Below are positions 34,964 through 46,614 of a DNA stretch of 64,000 nt, piece by piece. The position numbers and the translations under genes are program-made. The DNA is from Basidiobolus meristosporus CBS 931.73 (Eukaryota; Fungi; Basidiobolomycota), in contig MCFE01000482.1 in assembly GCA_002104905.1 (NCBI GenBank), positions 1 to 64,000 on the forward strand. Direction: 5' to 3'. How positions within the stretch are numbered: position 1 is the first letter of the stretch; every line of letters begins with the position of its first letter. The notes beneath the pieces are model-generated. The model saw nothing but the letters and a program-made list of their open reading frames with translations. It was not told the origin of the DNA and made no database searches.

Positions 34964-35407
34964 ATGTACAATTCAACCCGCACACATCCGGTCCTCCCGC
35001 CATTTGGTGTGTTCAAAGTCTCTGAGGTTTCTTCTGCCCCAGCCCCTAATCACTACACGGTACATTCTGTTGACCCCCAGCATCCCTCACCTTTTCATCC
35101 CAGCGCAGTGGGTAGAGGGATCAGCCAGGCCGCGCAACTGCCGCTACAGCAAGTGAGGCATAATAGCGGTTATGATTACCCCCCGTTGATAGCGCCTCTA
35201 CCACCACATCGCTCCGTCCCAGACCTGAGAGAACGGGAGAACTACGACATGGTCGCCGACAGAAGAAGGGTTTTCCAGGAAGAAGAGAACGAGAAGATCT
35301 ATCAGGTCAGAGAGCTCACTTCGTTTCCCCCAAGGAGACGTGCACTTCACTAACCCAACTTGCTCCTTTAGGCCGCGCGCATTCTCATCAACCTCTCGTC
35401 TAGTTAA
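34964..35407 (+). CDS. Small Pro-rich hypothetical protein with a terminal AARILINLS micro-exon
   Basis: ATG at 34964; intron 35306-35371 (GTCAGA...CTAAC...TAG); last exon AARILINLSSS*. Confidence 0.6.
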
Positions 35408-36280
35408 CTCGTAGTGCCTTGGTCCGTAGTACGGTTGGAATACTCTGCCGTCCTCTCAAAAAGAACAAAACATCAAAATCCCCTCGGCTCCGCCATTTGA
35501 TTGTACATATTTGATTCATTTTATCCCCTCCCCCTTGCCCACTTCACCTTCACGCACGCAAGCTTACCACCACACATTGCAATCATCAAGTCCAGTTGTA
35601 ATTTGAAAGTGGCATTCTGTCACACTCCCCTAGCTATCTAAATTCCCTTTTGTCAAGTATAAATCATGGATTCAATTTGAAAACCCTGTTCATCATCAAG
35701 TGGAAAGGAGGGAGATCGATATTGGGCATCTTCAACCATGCACTCTAAAATGGGTCAGGTGTCGCCGAGGTGATCGACCACCCCTCTAAGAACAAAAACG
35801 CCGGCAGAAAAGCAACCAACTGTTTATGGCAATGGACACCTGATTGGGTTGACTTTCCAATGGACATTCCATCTATAGACTGGGCAATATAGAAGAAACC
35901 ACCCAAGTTGCGATTTTTTTTTCGAAATCCATATCAGCCAAGAGCATGACAAAACAAGCCATCCCCTGCTTCCTTCGACCACCGTGCAATCTAATTTTGG
36001 CCGCGAGGTGGTGATTAGCTGTTATTGGGTGACTTGATCGAATCCGGTGGAACTGTTCTCTTGGTGGACCTTCGACACCCCCGTCTGGTATCCAATGGGA
36101 CGTGGTTAACTTGGGTGGTTAGGAATAAGCAGATTGATTAAGATAGGCAAAATTTATTTACACGGATGGTGAGTACGAGGCAAAATTACAAGATGTACGT
36201 GAGATGCTTTGAAGGTCCTATTTCACAGGGCGGTATAATCTATTTCCTGGGCCGGTGCCGGATCAGGTGGACGCGGTGGA

Positions 36281-36568
36281 TCATTTCCAGTACGAGGCGT
36301 CGACGCGCTTGCGAAGATAGGTGAGCATACCGTTGTAGCGCTGATGTAGTCGGCGGTGGTATTCTCGCACCCGAGCGTCCGTTTTGTGGTCGAAGGGTGG
36401 TTCCCGTTCCTCGTCTTCGAATTCCACCTCCCAGTCGGAGTCGCTGCACACACTTTCAGGTGGGGAGAGTGGGTCGTGATTGACGTGGTTGACATTGCTG
36501 AGCAGGAAGGACTTTTCGTCGAGGTGTCGGACGACTTCACCGAAAGATTCAGTCACGATCTCAATCAT
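36281..36568 (-). CDS. Small acidic hypothetical protein (95 aa)
   Basis: ATG-started ORF with coding-like composition; a TATAAA lies upstream on this strand (~36624-36629); no family recognised. Confidence 0.5.
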   Translation of the reverse strand: MIEIVTESFGEVVRHLDEKSFLLSNVNHVNHDPLSPPESVCSDSDWEVEFEDEEREPPFDHKTDARVREYHRRLHQRYNGMLTYLRKRVDASYWK

Positions 36569-37615
36569 GTCGGAGAGTAAATGATGCAGCGGGGATGACG
36601 GGTGGTTCGGGAAGCTGTCCGTCGTATTTATATTGGTGTCGCTCTCCAGGTCTTAAACCTTACTAGGAAATTCTTTATCAAGATTACGTGAATCATCAAG
36701 CACAAACTCCAAGCCGTGCTTCTATCTATATCCACCTCGTAATAGATTCCATAAATTAAATCTCGCCTGTCATCGCGGTTGATTGGCCTAATGCCACCTT
36801 GTTGGGATATAAATACTGGGGCCAATCAGAGGACTCCTTGTCAGGGATCGAAAGCAACCAGCATTGACTTGCCTGTAACGGGAGCTGTTTCAATGTGTGA
36901 CAGCTTAGGACATTTGCCAGACATCCCCCAAAGTCCGTTAAGCGTCTCGTTAACAGTGTGTGAAGTCACCCGTTGATAAGCGGTCCCCCAACTGATACAA
37001 GGATAGCCTCAAGTGGCGTTCGATCCCCGTCCGGCGGGTATTGGCCCGTACCGGATATATCGTGCGTGATGGTCGAGTTCGGATATAAACATGTTAATTA
37101 TTGCCATTAAGTTACATATTGTGTCCCCAGACGAAAATGGGAATCGTGCATGGATTGAACTTTCCTTTACTCAATCAGCATTCTTGCGTACTTTCCCAAA
37201 CTGTGACCCACGTCCCATCCACCGATAAGATTGCGTATGGGTGGGTGTGGACCAGGTATCCGGGGGTCCCACGGTCGATGATTGGGTGGGGGCTGTTTAG
37301 ATTTCTGGTTGCTTTAAGTGGAGTATCGAGCTGAATGGTCCATTCTGCTTAATTTATGCGGGTCGCGTTGTTACCACGTAGGTTGGTTTACGTTATGCCA
37401 AGTGGTTTACCTAATCAGAATAGGTTCGCGTTGTTTACCAGGTCATTGGGTGGACGAAATCAAATACCAACAGAATGGGATTATTGCATTGAACTTTGTT
37501 TGTTTATAGGCCATATACTCCCGTGTTGGAAGAAATTGAAAGTAATTTGTGACAGGGGGGTTGGGAAGAAAGCGTGTCGACAGTGGGTTTGAACGTTCTA
37601 TGAGGGGGAGAGGGT

Positions 37616-38942
<1,327 letters not shown>

Positions 38943-39423
38943 GGTTGCACAACAAGTATGTATATTTGTTTCTTGTTGTCACGTAAGTAGTTGAGCAAAC
39001 CAAATCGTTGAAGAACGTATGCTCTATCAAAAGAAGAAAACTCTCATTAACAAAGGAACCCGACTGAACTTGAAAGGCCGAAGCGATCCGGTACACTATG
39101 GATTGCTTGGGGGAAAGTGCAAACACACGCGCACCTCTTGGAAATAAGGTAATAAAGCAAAAGAAAACCACTCACACCAAAACTCAACTAGTACGGAGCA
39201 AAGGGCCAGAAAGCTTTCCTCTGGTGTTAAGAGCAACGATGTGCCGGTGGTGGGCGAATGAGAAGGGATGATTCTAGAAATGCTGATGAATTTGTTCCCC
39301 ATCCATGGTCCACCTTGACCAGGATTTTTTTCACGGATTTTTTCATCTGCTCTCCCTGTGCTGGCCAGCAATTTTTTTCGGACGTTTTGCAGAACCTGCT
39401 AATCCAAACAAACCACACACTCT

Positions 39424-39475
39424 ACACAAACACAAACACAAACACAAACGCATACACATACACACCCACCCACAC
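39424..39475. repeat. AC-rich microsatellite ((ACACAA)n) upstream of PP1
   Basis: acacaaacacaaacacaaacacaaac followed by AC-rich sequence. Confidence 0.8.
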
Positions 39476-39651
39476 ACTCGCGTACTCCTACACCATTCGT
39501 TCAAGCACGAGTCCACCATCCCATTCCTAACCCGCTCATATGAATAGAAATGATTCGAGATATTGTACAGAAACTTCTAATACTGGAATGATTTATTGGG
39601 AAGCTAAGAGGACAAGTCCAATCTCGTGTTAACCGTCGAGCGTAGAGATGA

Positions 39652-39840
39652 TTATTGTTGAGATTCCTTGGCAGCTCTAACGGCAGCTTGGGTACCCTTC
39701 TTGGCGAAACGCTGGTTACGAAGGAACTTGGGGTCAACACCGCGGAGGGAAGGGTGACGTTGGGCCTTGGGCTTCTTGATACCGTTGCGGTGAGCCTTGC
39801 GGTTTTGGTTGTGGTTGGTGTGGTTCTTGGACTTGGCCAT
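39652..39840 (-). CDS. RPL29: 60S ribosomal protein L29 (eL29), with a probable 5'-UTR intron at 39850-39937
   Basis: [25 protein letters not shown]...[16 protein letters not shown]. Confidence 0.98.
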   Translation of the reverse strand: MAKSKNHTNHNQNRKAHRNGIKKPKAQRHPSLRGVDPKFLRNQRFAKKGTQAAVRAAKESQQ

Positions 39841-40114
39841 TTTGCTTAGCTAGAGAACGGGTTGGATGATGAGTACGCGTGGAGGTTGGGATGGATGAAT
39901 CACAACCACCCGGATCGATGCATGGTCGTGAGCTTACCTGGACTGGAGTCGGTAGCGAAAAAGAAGGATCCCTTCGGTAAACGAGATATTTTTATTTTCC
40001 CCCGAGGATCCTGAAAAAAAGAATGCAGGGGGGGTTGGGGGAGTTGGTGATGATGGGTCAATGAAAATTTGGTCCGCTCTGTATTGATTCTTTATTGATT
40101 TTGGTTGGGTGGTG

Positions 40115-40146
40115 GGCTGGTCGGCTGGTCGGCTGGTCGGCTGGTC
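40115..40146. repeat. (GGCTGGTC)x4 perfect octamer repeat
   Basis: Four exact copies between the PWI gene stop and RPL29. Confidence 0.9.
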
Positions 40147-40150
40147 ACCC

Positions 40151-41585
40151 TTAATTCTCTTGATCCCACCTGGATTGCCTGGTGTCGGACTGGTCTTCCC
40201 GGGCCGCACGTCGCGGACTGCTTTCTCTATGTTTACGCGAAGATCTGTCGCTTGGGCTGTAGGATCTACTGCGGCTACGGCGTCTGCCGGATCTCCGGTC
40301 ACGTCTTCGCTCCCGGCTGGGGCTTCTCTCAAGACGGTACTTGGGTGGGCTTTTGTTTCTCTCTTCCCTTCTCCTGTCGCGCGAGCCGCTCCGATTGCGT
40401 CTGGGTCGGTGGTCAGGGCTACGCCTTGCTCGATCTCGGCGGTCCCTGTCTTCCCGAGCAACCTAGGTAAGAATGCTTGGGTTTAGACATGATGTGCCAC
40501 CTCACCGGTTCATCCGCCGCGACCCCTACCTTTCTCTCTCTCTTCTCGCGTTCCCTGGTGCGATCGAGGTCCTCTCTGTCCCGTAGCTCCTTCTCCTTCC
40601 TCTCTCGAATCTGCTCCATGATCATCTCCTCCTCCGCCTGAAATCCATCCCCATTAGCAAACCAGGGCCATCTCCCTTACAACGTCGGGGCCTAACCCTA
40701 CCTTTTTCCTTCGCAGCTCCTCTTTTTTCTGTTCGAGGAATTCCCCGGGGATTCCACCGATGCTGTCCTGGGCACTGAGCAGGAGCTTCCACAGCTCCAG
40801 CACGAAGCCCTGCGTCTTGGACTCCAGGAACCCGGTCAGGTTGATCTGCATGCTCTTCGCGTCAAGGTCCTGTGAAGTGGAAGTGGAAGTGGCCAGGTCA
40901 GCTTATTGTCGTCGCCTACGTCTCGCCTCTATTGTGAAACCACTTACGTCCTGTTCCAACAGGCTAAACACGAAGTCTATCACCACCTCGTCCTCCATCC
41001 CGAGTATGCTGGTGACTCTGTTCGTGATCCAAGGTTTCATGACCGCCAGGTTTACCTTCTTGATGTCCACCTGAACGCCGGGGGGTGGGTGGCGGGAAAA
41101 GAAAAAAAAAGCCAAACGAATAGGTTATTACGAGGACAGGGGTATTCTTCGAGAGAACCAGAAAGTCTCAAGTACTCTAGCCGCACGAACGGGTGGAACT
41201 TGGTGGCGCAAGTCAAGGCCAAGGTCAAGGTCAAGGTCCGGTGGTGGTAAGAGGCAATTCCGAACCGACCCATACCCCACGATCAACCTTGTGGTGCACG
41301 GAATTTCGGGAAGGCAAGGTTCGAAAGCGTTTAGCGTCGACGAAGCTAAGAGTACCCAAGCGTTTTCGGGGGGAGGGACGAGCTTGTGCGCTTACCTTTT
41401 TTTTGAACTCCGGTGGGAAGCTCATCGACTTCAACAGCTTCTTCTCCTTGTTGCTGAACCGGCTATCCTGCTCGGCGCTGGTTCCCTAAACGACGGGGTG
41501 GTGGTGGTGGTGGGGTTAGCGTTCGGGTTTGGCTGAGTGGGTCTTGGTGAAACGGTCGTACTTTGAAAAATCCTGCGTCCCCCAT
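40151..41585 (-). CDS. SRRM1: PWI-domain SR-related splicing protein (SRm160-like, multi-exon)
   Basis: MGDAGFFKGTSAEQDSRFSNKEKKLLKSM.FP, KVNL.VMKPWIT.RVT.ILGMEDEVV, QINLTGFL; Arg/Ser-rich last exon ending RWDQEN*. Confidence 0.92.
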
Positions 41586-42210
41586 GGTACGTTGTGAAGC
41601 GGTTTGTGACTACGGTGGAAGTTGAGGCCGAGGCTAAAGCTGCGCTTACGCTTACGCTTACGGTTACTGCTACGATGAGAGTAGGGTTGGGTTGTACGTG
41701 ATAAGGGTGGATTCGAGCCAGATGATATCCAAGAAAATCGGCCAAATCCCTGCGATCCAATCGTTACGTTGGATTAATCAGTATCCCGGGCTGGTTTTGG
41801 GTCCCATAACTCAGTATCCACCGAATCCCCTTTATAAACCTCCCTCCCGACACCAGGGGGTTCCCTTAAAAAGGGCCAGTGGCGAGTCAATGCCACGTAG
41901 CATGCATTGTGCACTACGCTGAATCGACATCAAGAGATTTTGCTGGCATAATTTTTTTAAATTGACGGCCTTCTGGCTTCGCTCTGAGCTAAGGCCGTCT
42001 TCACCACCAATCATCAGTAGGGCAGTGAGATGCAGTGAGGGATTAATTCGGTTGAACTTGCGGGAACCTACCCTACCGTTCCAACCTCTCGGATCGGGGA
42101 TTTCTCAGGTTGAGGTGATGTATGGGGATCTGATCTCGGGCATAAGGTGTCGTGGATTGCCAGCGCACAGAGCTTCGGAGAGTTCTCATCGTTGCGACAT
42201 GGTTCAATGG

Positions 42211-42216
42211 TATAAA
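42211..42216 (+). promoter_or_regulatory. Candidate TATA box for the secreted repeat gene
   Basis: TATAAA about 60 bp upstream of the ATG at 42277. Confidence 0.45.
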
Positions 42217-42276
42217 TGGCATGGTTGGCCCCTCTCATCCAAATAGTATTCTTCTTTCGGTCCAAACCCAACATTG

Positions 42277-43365
42277 ATGAGATCTTCGGCTGCTTGCACC
42301 ATCCTCTACCTGTTAGTATCAGGCACCCAATGTCTGGCTGGTCCGGTCGATGTGAAAGCCCTGAAATCCCTGGGCCACACGAGGCTTCTGAGCCATCCAC
42401 GCCGTTGGCTGCAAACCCAATCCCACACGGTCTCCACGGCTGGCCAACCGTCGAGCAGCAAAAGATCCCATCCAAAGAAGAGAGATGTCCGCGGCGCGCG
42501 TAGAGCACCGAAAGTCAGCTCGACCGGCAAGGTGAAGTTCACCAGGGTCAATCACCACCTCCCCAGGAGGTCGAACCATCCCAACGCCCGTGGCTCCAAT
42601 AGGTTGCCTAGAAGAAACCTTCATCCCCACCTGGATTCGAAGGAAACCGGCAGCGTACAACGGTTGGCGCGGAGACTGGTGAACAACAGACTGGTGGGTA
42701 CCGATATCAAAGCATTGAAGCAGGGGAAAGCCCTCGACGCGAAAGTGAAAGCTCTCCAAGATGCCAACGAGAAGCCTGGTGTGGACGTTGCCGCACTTAT
42801 CAAGAGGCAGTTGGGCCCCAAGTTGGTCGATGCCAAAGTGGTGGCTCTAACGAATGGGAAAACCCTGGATGCCAAAGTCAAGGCCCTTCCGGATGACCAA
42901 GGTGAACCGGCGATTGACATCGACGCCCTTGTGAAGCGACAGTTGGTCGCCCCCATATCGGAGGGTAGCATGGATGGCTTGAGCGAGGAGGCCTCCGAGG
43001 CTAGGCCCGAGCCAATCCAGGGCGCGCCTTCCTTCGTGAAGCGGGGCCTAGGCGGTGACCTGAAGGACGGGAAGCTATTGAACGCAGATATCAAAGCCTT
43101 GAAGGACGCCACGGGGACGCACGCCGTCGACGTGGTCGCCATACTGAAGCGGGAAATCCAGGAGTTGCTTAGCACCGGTGCTAATGCTGACGAGGGCCTG
43201 GATCCCAAGATCGCTGATGGGGAGAGGCACCCCGATGCCCTGGTGAAGCGACTCCTGGGTGGCAACCTGCTCAGCTCCAGTATCGTGCGCTTGGGGGTTG
43301 GGAAGAGTTTATCGCTTAAGGTCAAGGCACTCAATGACCAGGTAAAGATCGATGCATCGCCTTAA
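42277..43365 (+). CDS. Secreted Kex2-processed repeat protein (KEP), 362 aa, intronless
   Basis: Signal peptide MRSSAACTILYLLVSGTQCLA; about 11 KR/RR sites; four related units containing GKxL(D/N/S)x(K/D)(V/I)KALxD. Confidence 0.85.
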   Translation: MRSSAACTILYLLVSGTQCLAGPVDVKALKSLGHTRLLSHPRRWLQTQSHTVSTAGQPSSSKRSHPKKRDVRGARRAPKVSSTGKVKFTRVNHHLPRRSNHPNARGSNRLPRRNLHPHLDSKETGSVQRLARRLVNNRLVGTDIKALKQGKALDAKVKALQDANEKPGVDVAALIKRQLGPKLVDAKVVALTNGKTLDAKVKALPDDQGEPAIDIDALVKRQLVAPISEGSMDGLSEEASEARPEPIQGAPSFVKRGLGGDLKDGKLLNADIKALKDATGTHAVDVVAILKREIQELLSTGANADEGLDPKIADGERHPDALVKRLLGGNLLSSSIVRLGVGKSLSLKVKALNDQVKIDASP

Positions 43366-43589
43366 AGGGCGACGCCAACCCGTTGCCAGGCGGTCAGGTC
43401 CAAGTATATGCTGTAGTGGTCACCGCCTCAGCAAAGATTCACCATATACACATGGATGGTTATTTAATAAATTATGCTGATTATGCGTGAGATGAAATCG
43501 TGTGACCGTGAACCGATCTGATTGCGATTTAGCCCTGGGTTTCCTGTCATCAATGTGGAACGTCAAGTATCCCTTGGCTTACATCCAAA

Positions 43590-44894
43590 TATTTCCATTT
43601 GCTTCGTCATCCCGATTGTCACTTCGCTCTTTGTTGGGATTCTCTTGGAATATTTCCCCCCATGCCTGGTACCCACAACATCAGGATTCCCAAAGTTGCC
43701 CAAGAGCCCCCAAGACTTGCACACAGGCGCTTGATACCTTCCCTAACATATGTCACGTGCTGGCAAATGTATAACTCCCACTGTTACATCTGATCAATTG
43801 TTAAATGAGTCCACATTATCCACTGGCTCTCCCCGTCACTTCCAATGTCTCCAATACTCTCGCAGCAATAATCACTTCCCACAGCTCTCTAGACATAGGG
43901 TGCTTTGCGAAGCTCCAGGCTACTTGCAGGCCTTTTTGATGTGCTGGGTGTTGTAAGAGTTTTGGAGATATTGGAAGTGACTGGGAGAACAAGTAGGTTA
44001 TGTGGTTTTCAGGTGATGATTGATTCAATGTAAAGGTAATATTTACACTCTTACCTTGTCTTGGCAAAACAAACACATGCAATATGCTCAGAAAGGTCCC
44101 AGGAGCATGTGTGTAAAATCTTGGGATACTTGGGCAACTTGGAGATTTCTAATGTTCTGAATATCTCATGTTTTGGTGAGAATATTCAGGTAAATCCTAA
44201 CAATGAATTTGGTCAGTATTCTCTAAGATTTGTAGGTAATGCTATTGATGACTCAGTCAAGTGAATACTTACGTGCAATTAAAAGACTTGCAACACTCCC
44301 ACTCAACTAGTTACTCATAGTAACTAGTCCTAATTGCTATCTGAGATATCTGGATTTGTCTCTAGTTAAAGATTTAATAAATTTGTCTGCAATCCTTTCA
44401 TCCATAGGACAGCAAGCTAAATTAACTAAGCTATTCTCTATAGTGTCATGTATGATATGATATCTGATATCTCTGTGCTCAGCCCTAGCATGAAGAGTTT
44501 GATTGCTATTTAATTGTACACATACTTGATTGTCTTGAAATAATGTAGTAAGTGCTATTTGACCTAAGCCCTTAAAAAGATTTATTGACCATATTGCTTG
44601 TTCTTTTGCCTCACATGCTGTCATATACTCTGCATATGTACTGGGAACTGTGGCATGAGTCTTGGAGATGTTAGAAGTGATTGGGAGAACAAGTGGACTA
44701 GGTGGTTTTCATGTTAAGATTTATTCTATGCACAATTGGTGTTTATACTCTTACCTGCTCTTGGAAGACCAAGCCATATGAGTGTGCTTAGAAAGATCCC
44801 AAGAGCATGTGTGCAAATTTTGGTTCTGTTTGGGCAACTTTAAGAATCTGAATGAACTAGGTACCTGAAGTTTTGGTGAGAATATTGTAAATTC
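43590..44894. mobile_element. Cluster of decayed copia LTR and RNase H fragments
   Basis: Diverged plus-strand LTR-like sequence at ~43590-43900; minus LTR 43949-44295 with PPT 44296-44304; RNase H relic 44337-44624; another LTR piece at ~44660-44890. Confidence 0.8.
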
Positions 44895-45239
44895 TGTAAG
44901 AGTTTTGGAGATACTGGAAGTGATATGGGAGGCCAAGTAGATGACATGGCTTTCACTTAATGATTTATTGAATGTAAAAGTAGTATTTATACTTTTACAT
45001 GGTCTGGCATAAAAAACATGCAGAGTGGGTTGCAAAAGGTCCCAAGAGCATGTGTGCAAAATTTGGGGCTGTTTGGACAACTTTGAGAATTTTCATGTTC
45101 TGGGTACCTGGTATTTGGTAAGAATATTCAAAGTAAATCCCAACAAGAAATTTGGTCAGTATTCCCAGGGATTTGAAGGTAATGATCTAAGTGACTAAGT
45201 TAAGTGAGCATTTAGGTGGAATCACAAATTTTTACAACA
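44895..45239 (-). repeat. Minus-orientation copia LTR abutting a plus-strand PBS
   Basis: Reverse complement of the LTR consensus ending TTACAACA at 45239, followed directly by GTTATGAGCCCTG. Confidence 0.85.
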
Positions 45240-46614
45240 GTTATGAGCCCTGAACTGTCACTCACTGCAATGCCTATTATTGCTATCACTGGAATTTTTC
45301 CCTCTGCTGAAAAGTTGGATGTATCTAACTACCAAGTGTGCAAGGTGAAGATGAAGATGCTGCTACAGGAAAGAGGCCTTTGGGATATGGTAATGTAGAA
45401 GAATGCCCTCCTAGAACTGTGGGAGAGTATGCTTTAAAGTACCAGAAGAAAAAACAAAGTGCCTTTAACTACCTTTGCCTCAATGTCAAAGACATATTGC
45501 TAATTCAATTCTCAAGAGCACAAATGGCAAGGAATGCCCAGGAAGGCATTAGAAGACACATATCAGCCATATTCACCTGCTAAGAAAATATATCTTAGAC
45601 AGTAATTCTTCACTTCCAAAATGCTGCCAGGAGAAGAAATGAAAGATCTAATTAACAAAATTACCCTGCTGGTTGATGAGATAGAATATATGGGCATTCC
45701 AACTGCTGATGAAGATGTGATAGTTGTTGTAAAAAACTTATAATTCCATCTAAATATTCATGTAACTTAGTCACATAGATCATTACCTTCAAATCCTAGA
45801 GAATACAGACCAAATTGCTTGTTAGAACTTACTTGGAATATTTACCCCAAACATGAAAATTCTCAAAGTTGTCCTAACAGCCCCAGACTTTGCCCGCATG
45901 TTCTTGATGTTGTAAGAGTTTTGGAGATATTGGAAATGATTGGGAGAACAAGTAGAGCATGTGGTTTTCACTTAATGATTTATTGAATGTAAAGTAGTAT
46001 TTATACTTTTACATGGTCTTGGCATTACAAGCATATAGAATAGGCTAAGAAAGGCCCCAAGAGCATGAGTGCAAAGTGTGGGGCTGTTTAGACAGCTTTG
46101 AGAATTTTCATGTTCTGGGTACCTGGTATTTTGGTGAAGACATTCCAAGTAAATCCCAACAAGGAATTTGGTCAGTATTCTCTAGGATTTGAGGGTAATG
46201 ATCCAAGTGACTAAGTTAGGTGAATATTTAGGTGGAACTACAAACTTTTACAACACTCCCACTCAGCTAAATGTTCATACTGACTAGTCCTAATTTTGAC
46301 CTAAGATATTCAAACTTGTCTCTAGCTAATGGTTTGGTAAATATGTCTGCAATCACTTCATCTGTAGGACAGTAAACTAAGCTAGCTAAGTTATTCTCTA
46401 TAGCTTCACGTATGAAATGATGTCTAATATCTATGTGCTTAGTTCTAGCATGAAAAGTTGGATTTCTACCTAATGGTATACATCCTTGATTTTCTTGAAA
46501 TAAAGTAATAGGTGTTTTTTGACATAGGCCTAAATCTGTAAAAAGCTTTCTTAGCCACATTGCTTCTTTTGTAGCTTCACAGGCTGCCATGTACTCTGCC
46601 TCTGTGGTAGAAAG

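Noticed and set aside
37010-37045. GTTCGATCCC resembling a tRNA T-loop/B-box
   Set aside because: The flanks do not pair into a T-stem or acceptor stem, and no cloverleaf can be built.
39934-40461. 175-aa minus-strand ORF (MLGKTGTAEIEQ...)
   Set aside because: It is an alternative frame over the Arg/Ser-rich last exon of the PWI gene running into the RPL29 leader.
42306-43334. Long antisense ORFs over the KEP gene (42621-43334, 42319-42759)
   Set aside because: They are shadows of a GC-rich coding strand; the sense frame has the signal peptide and the repeat logic.
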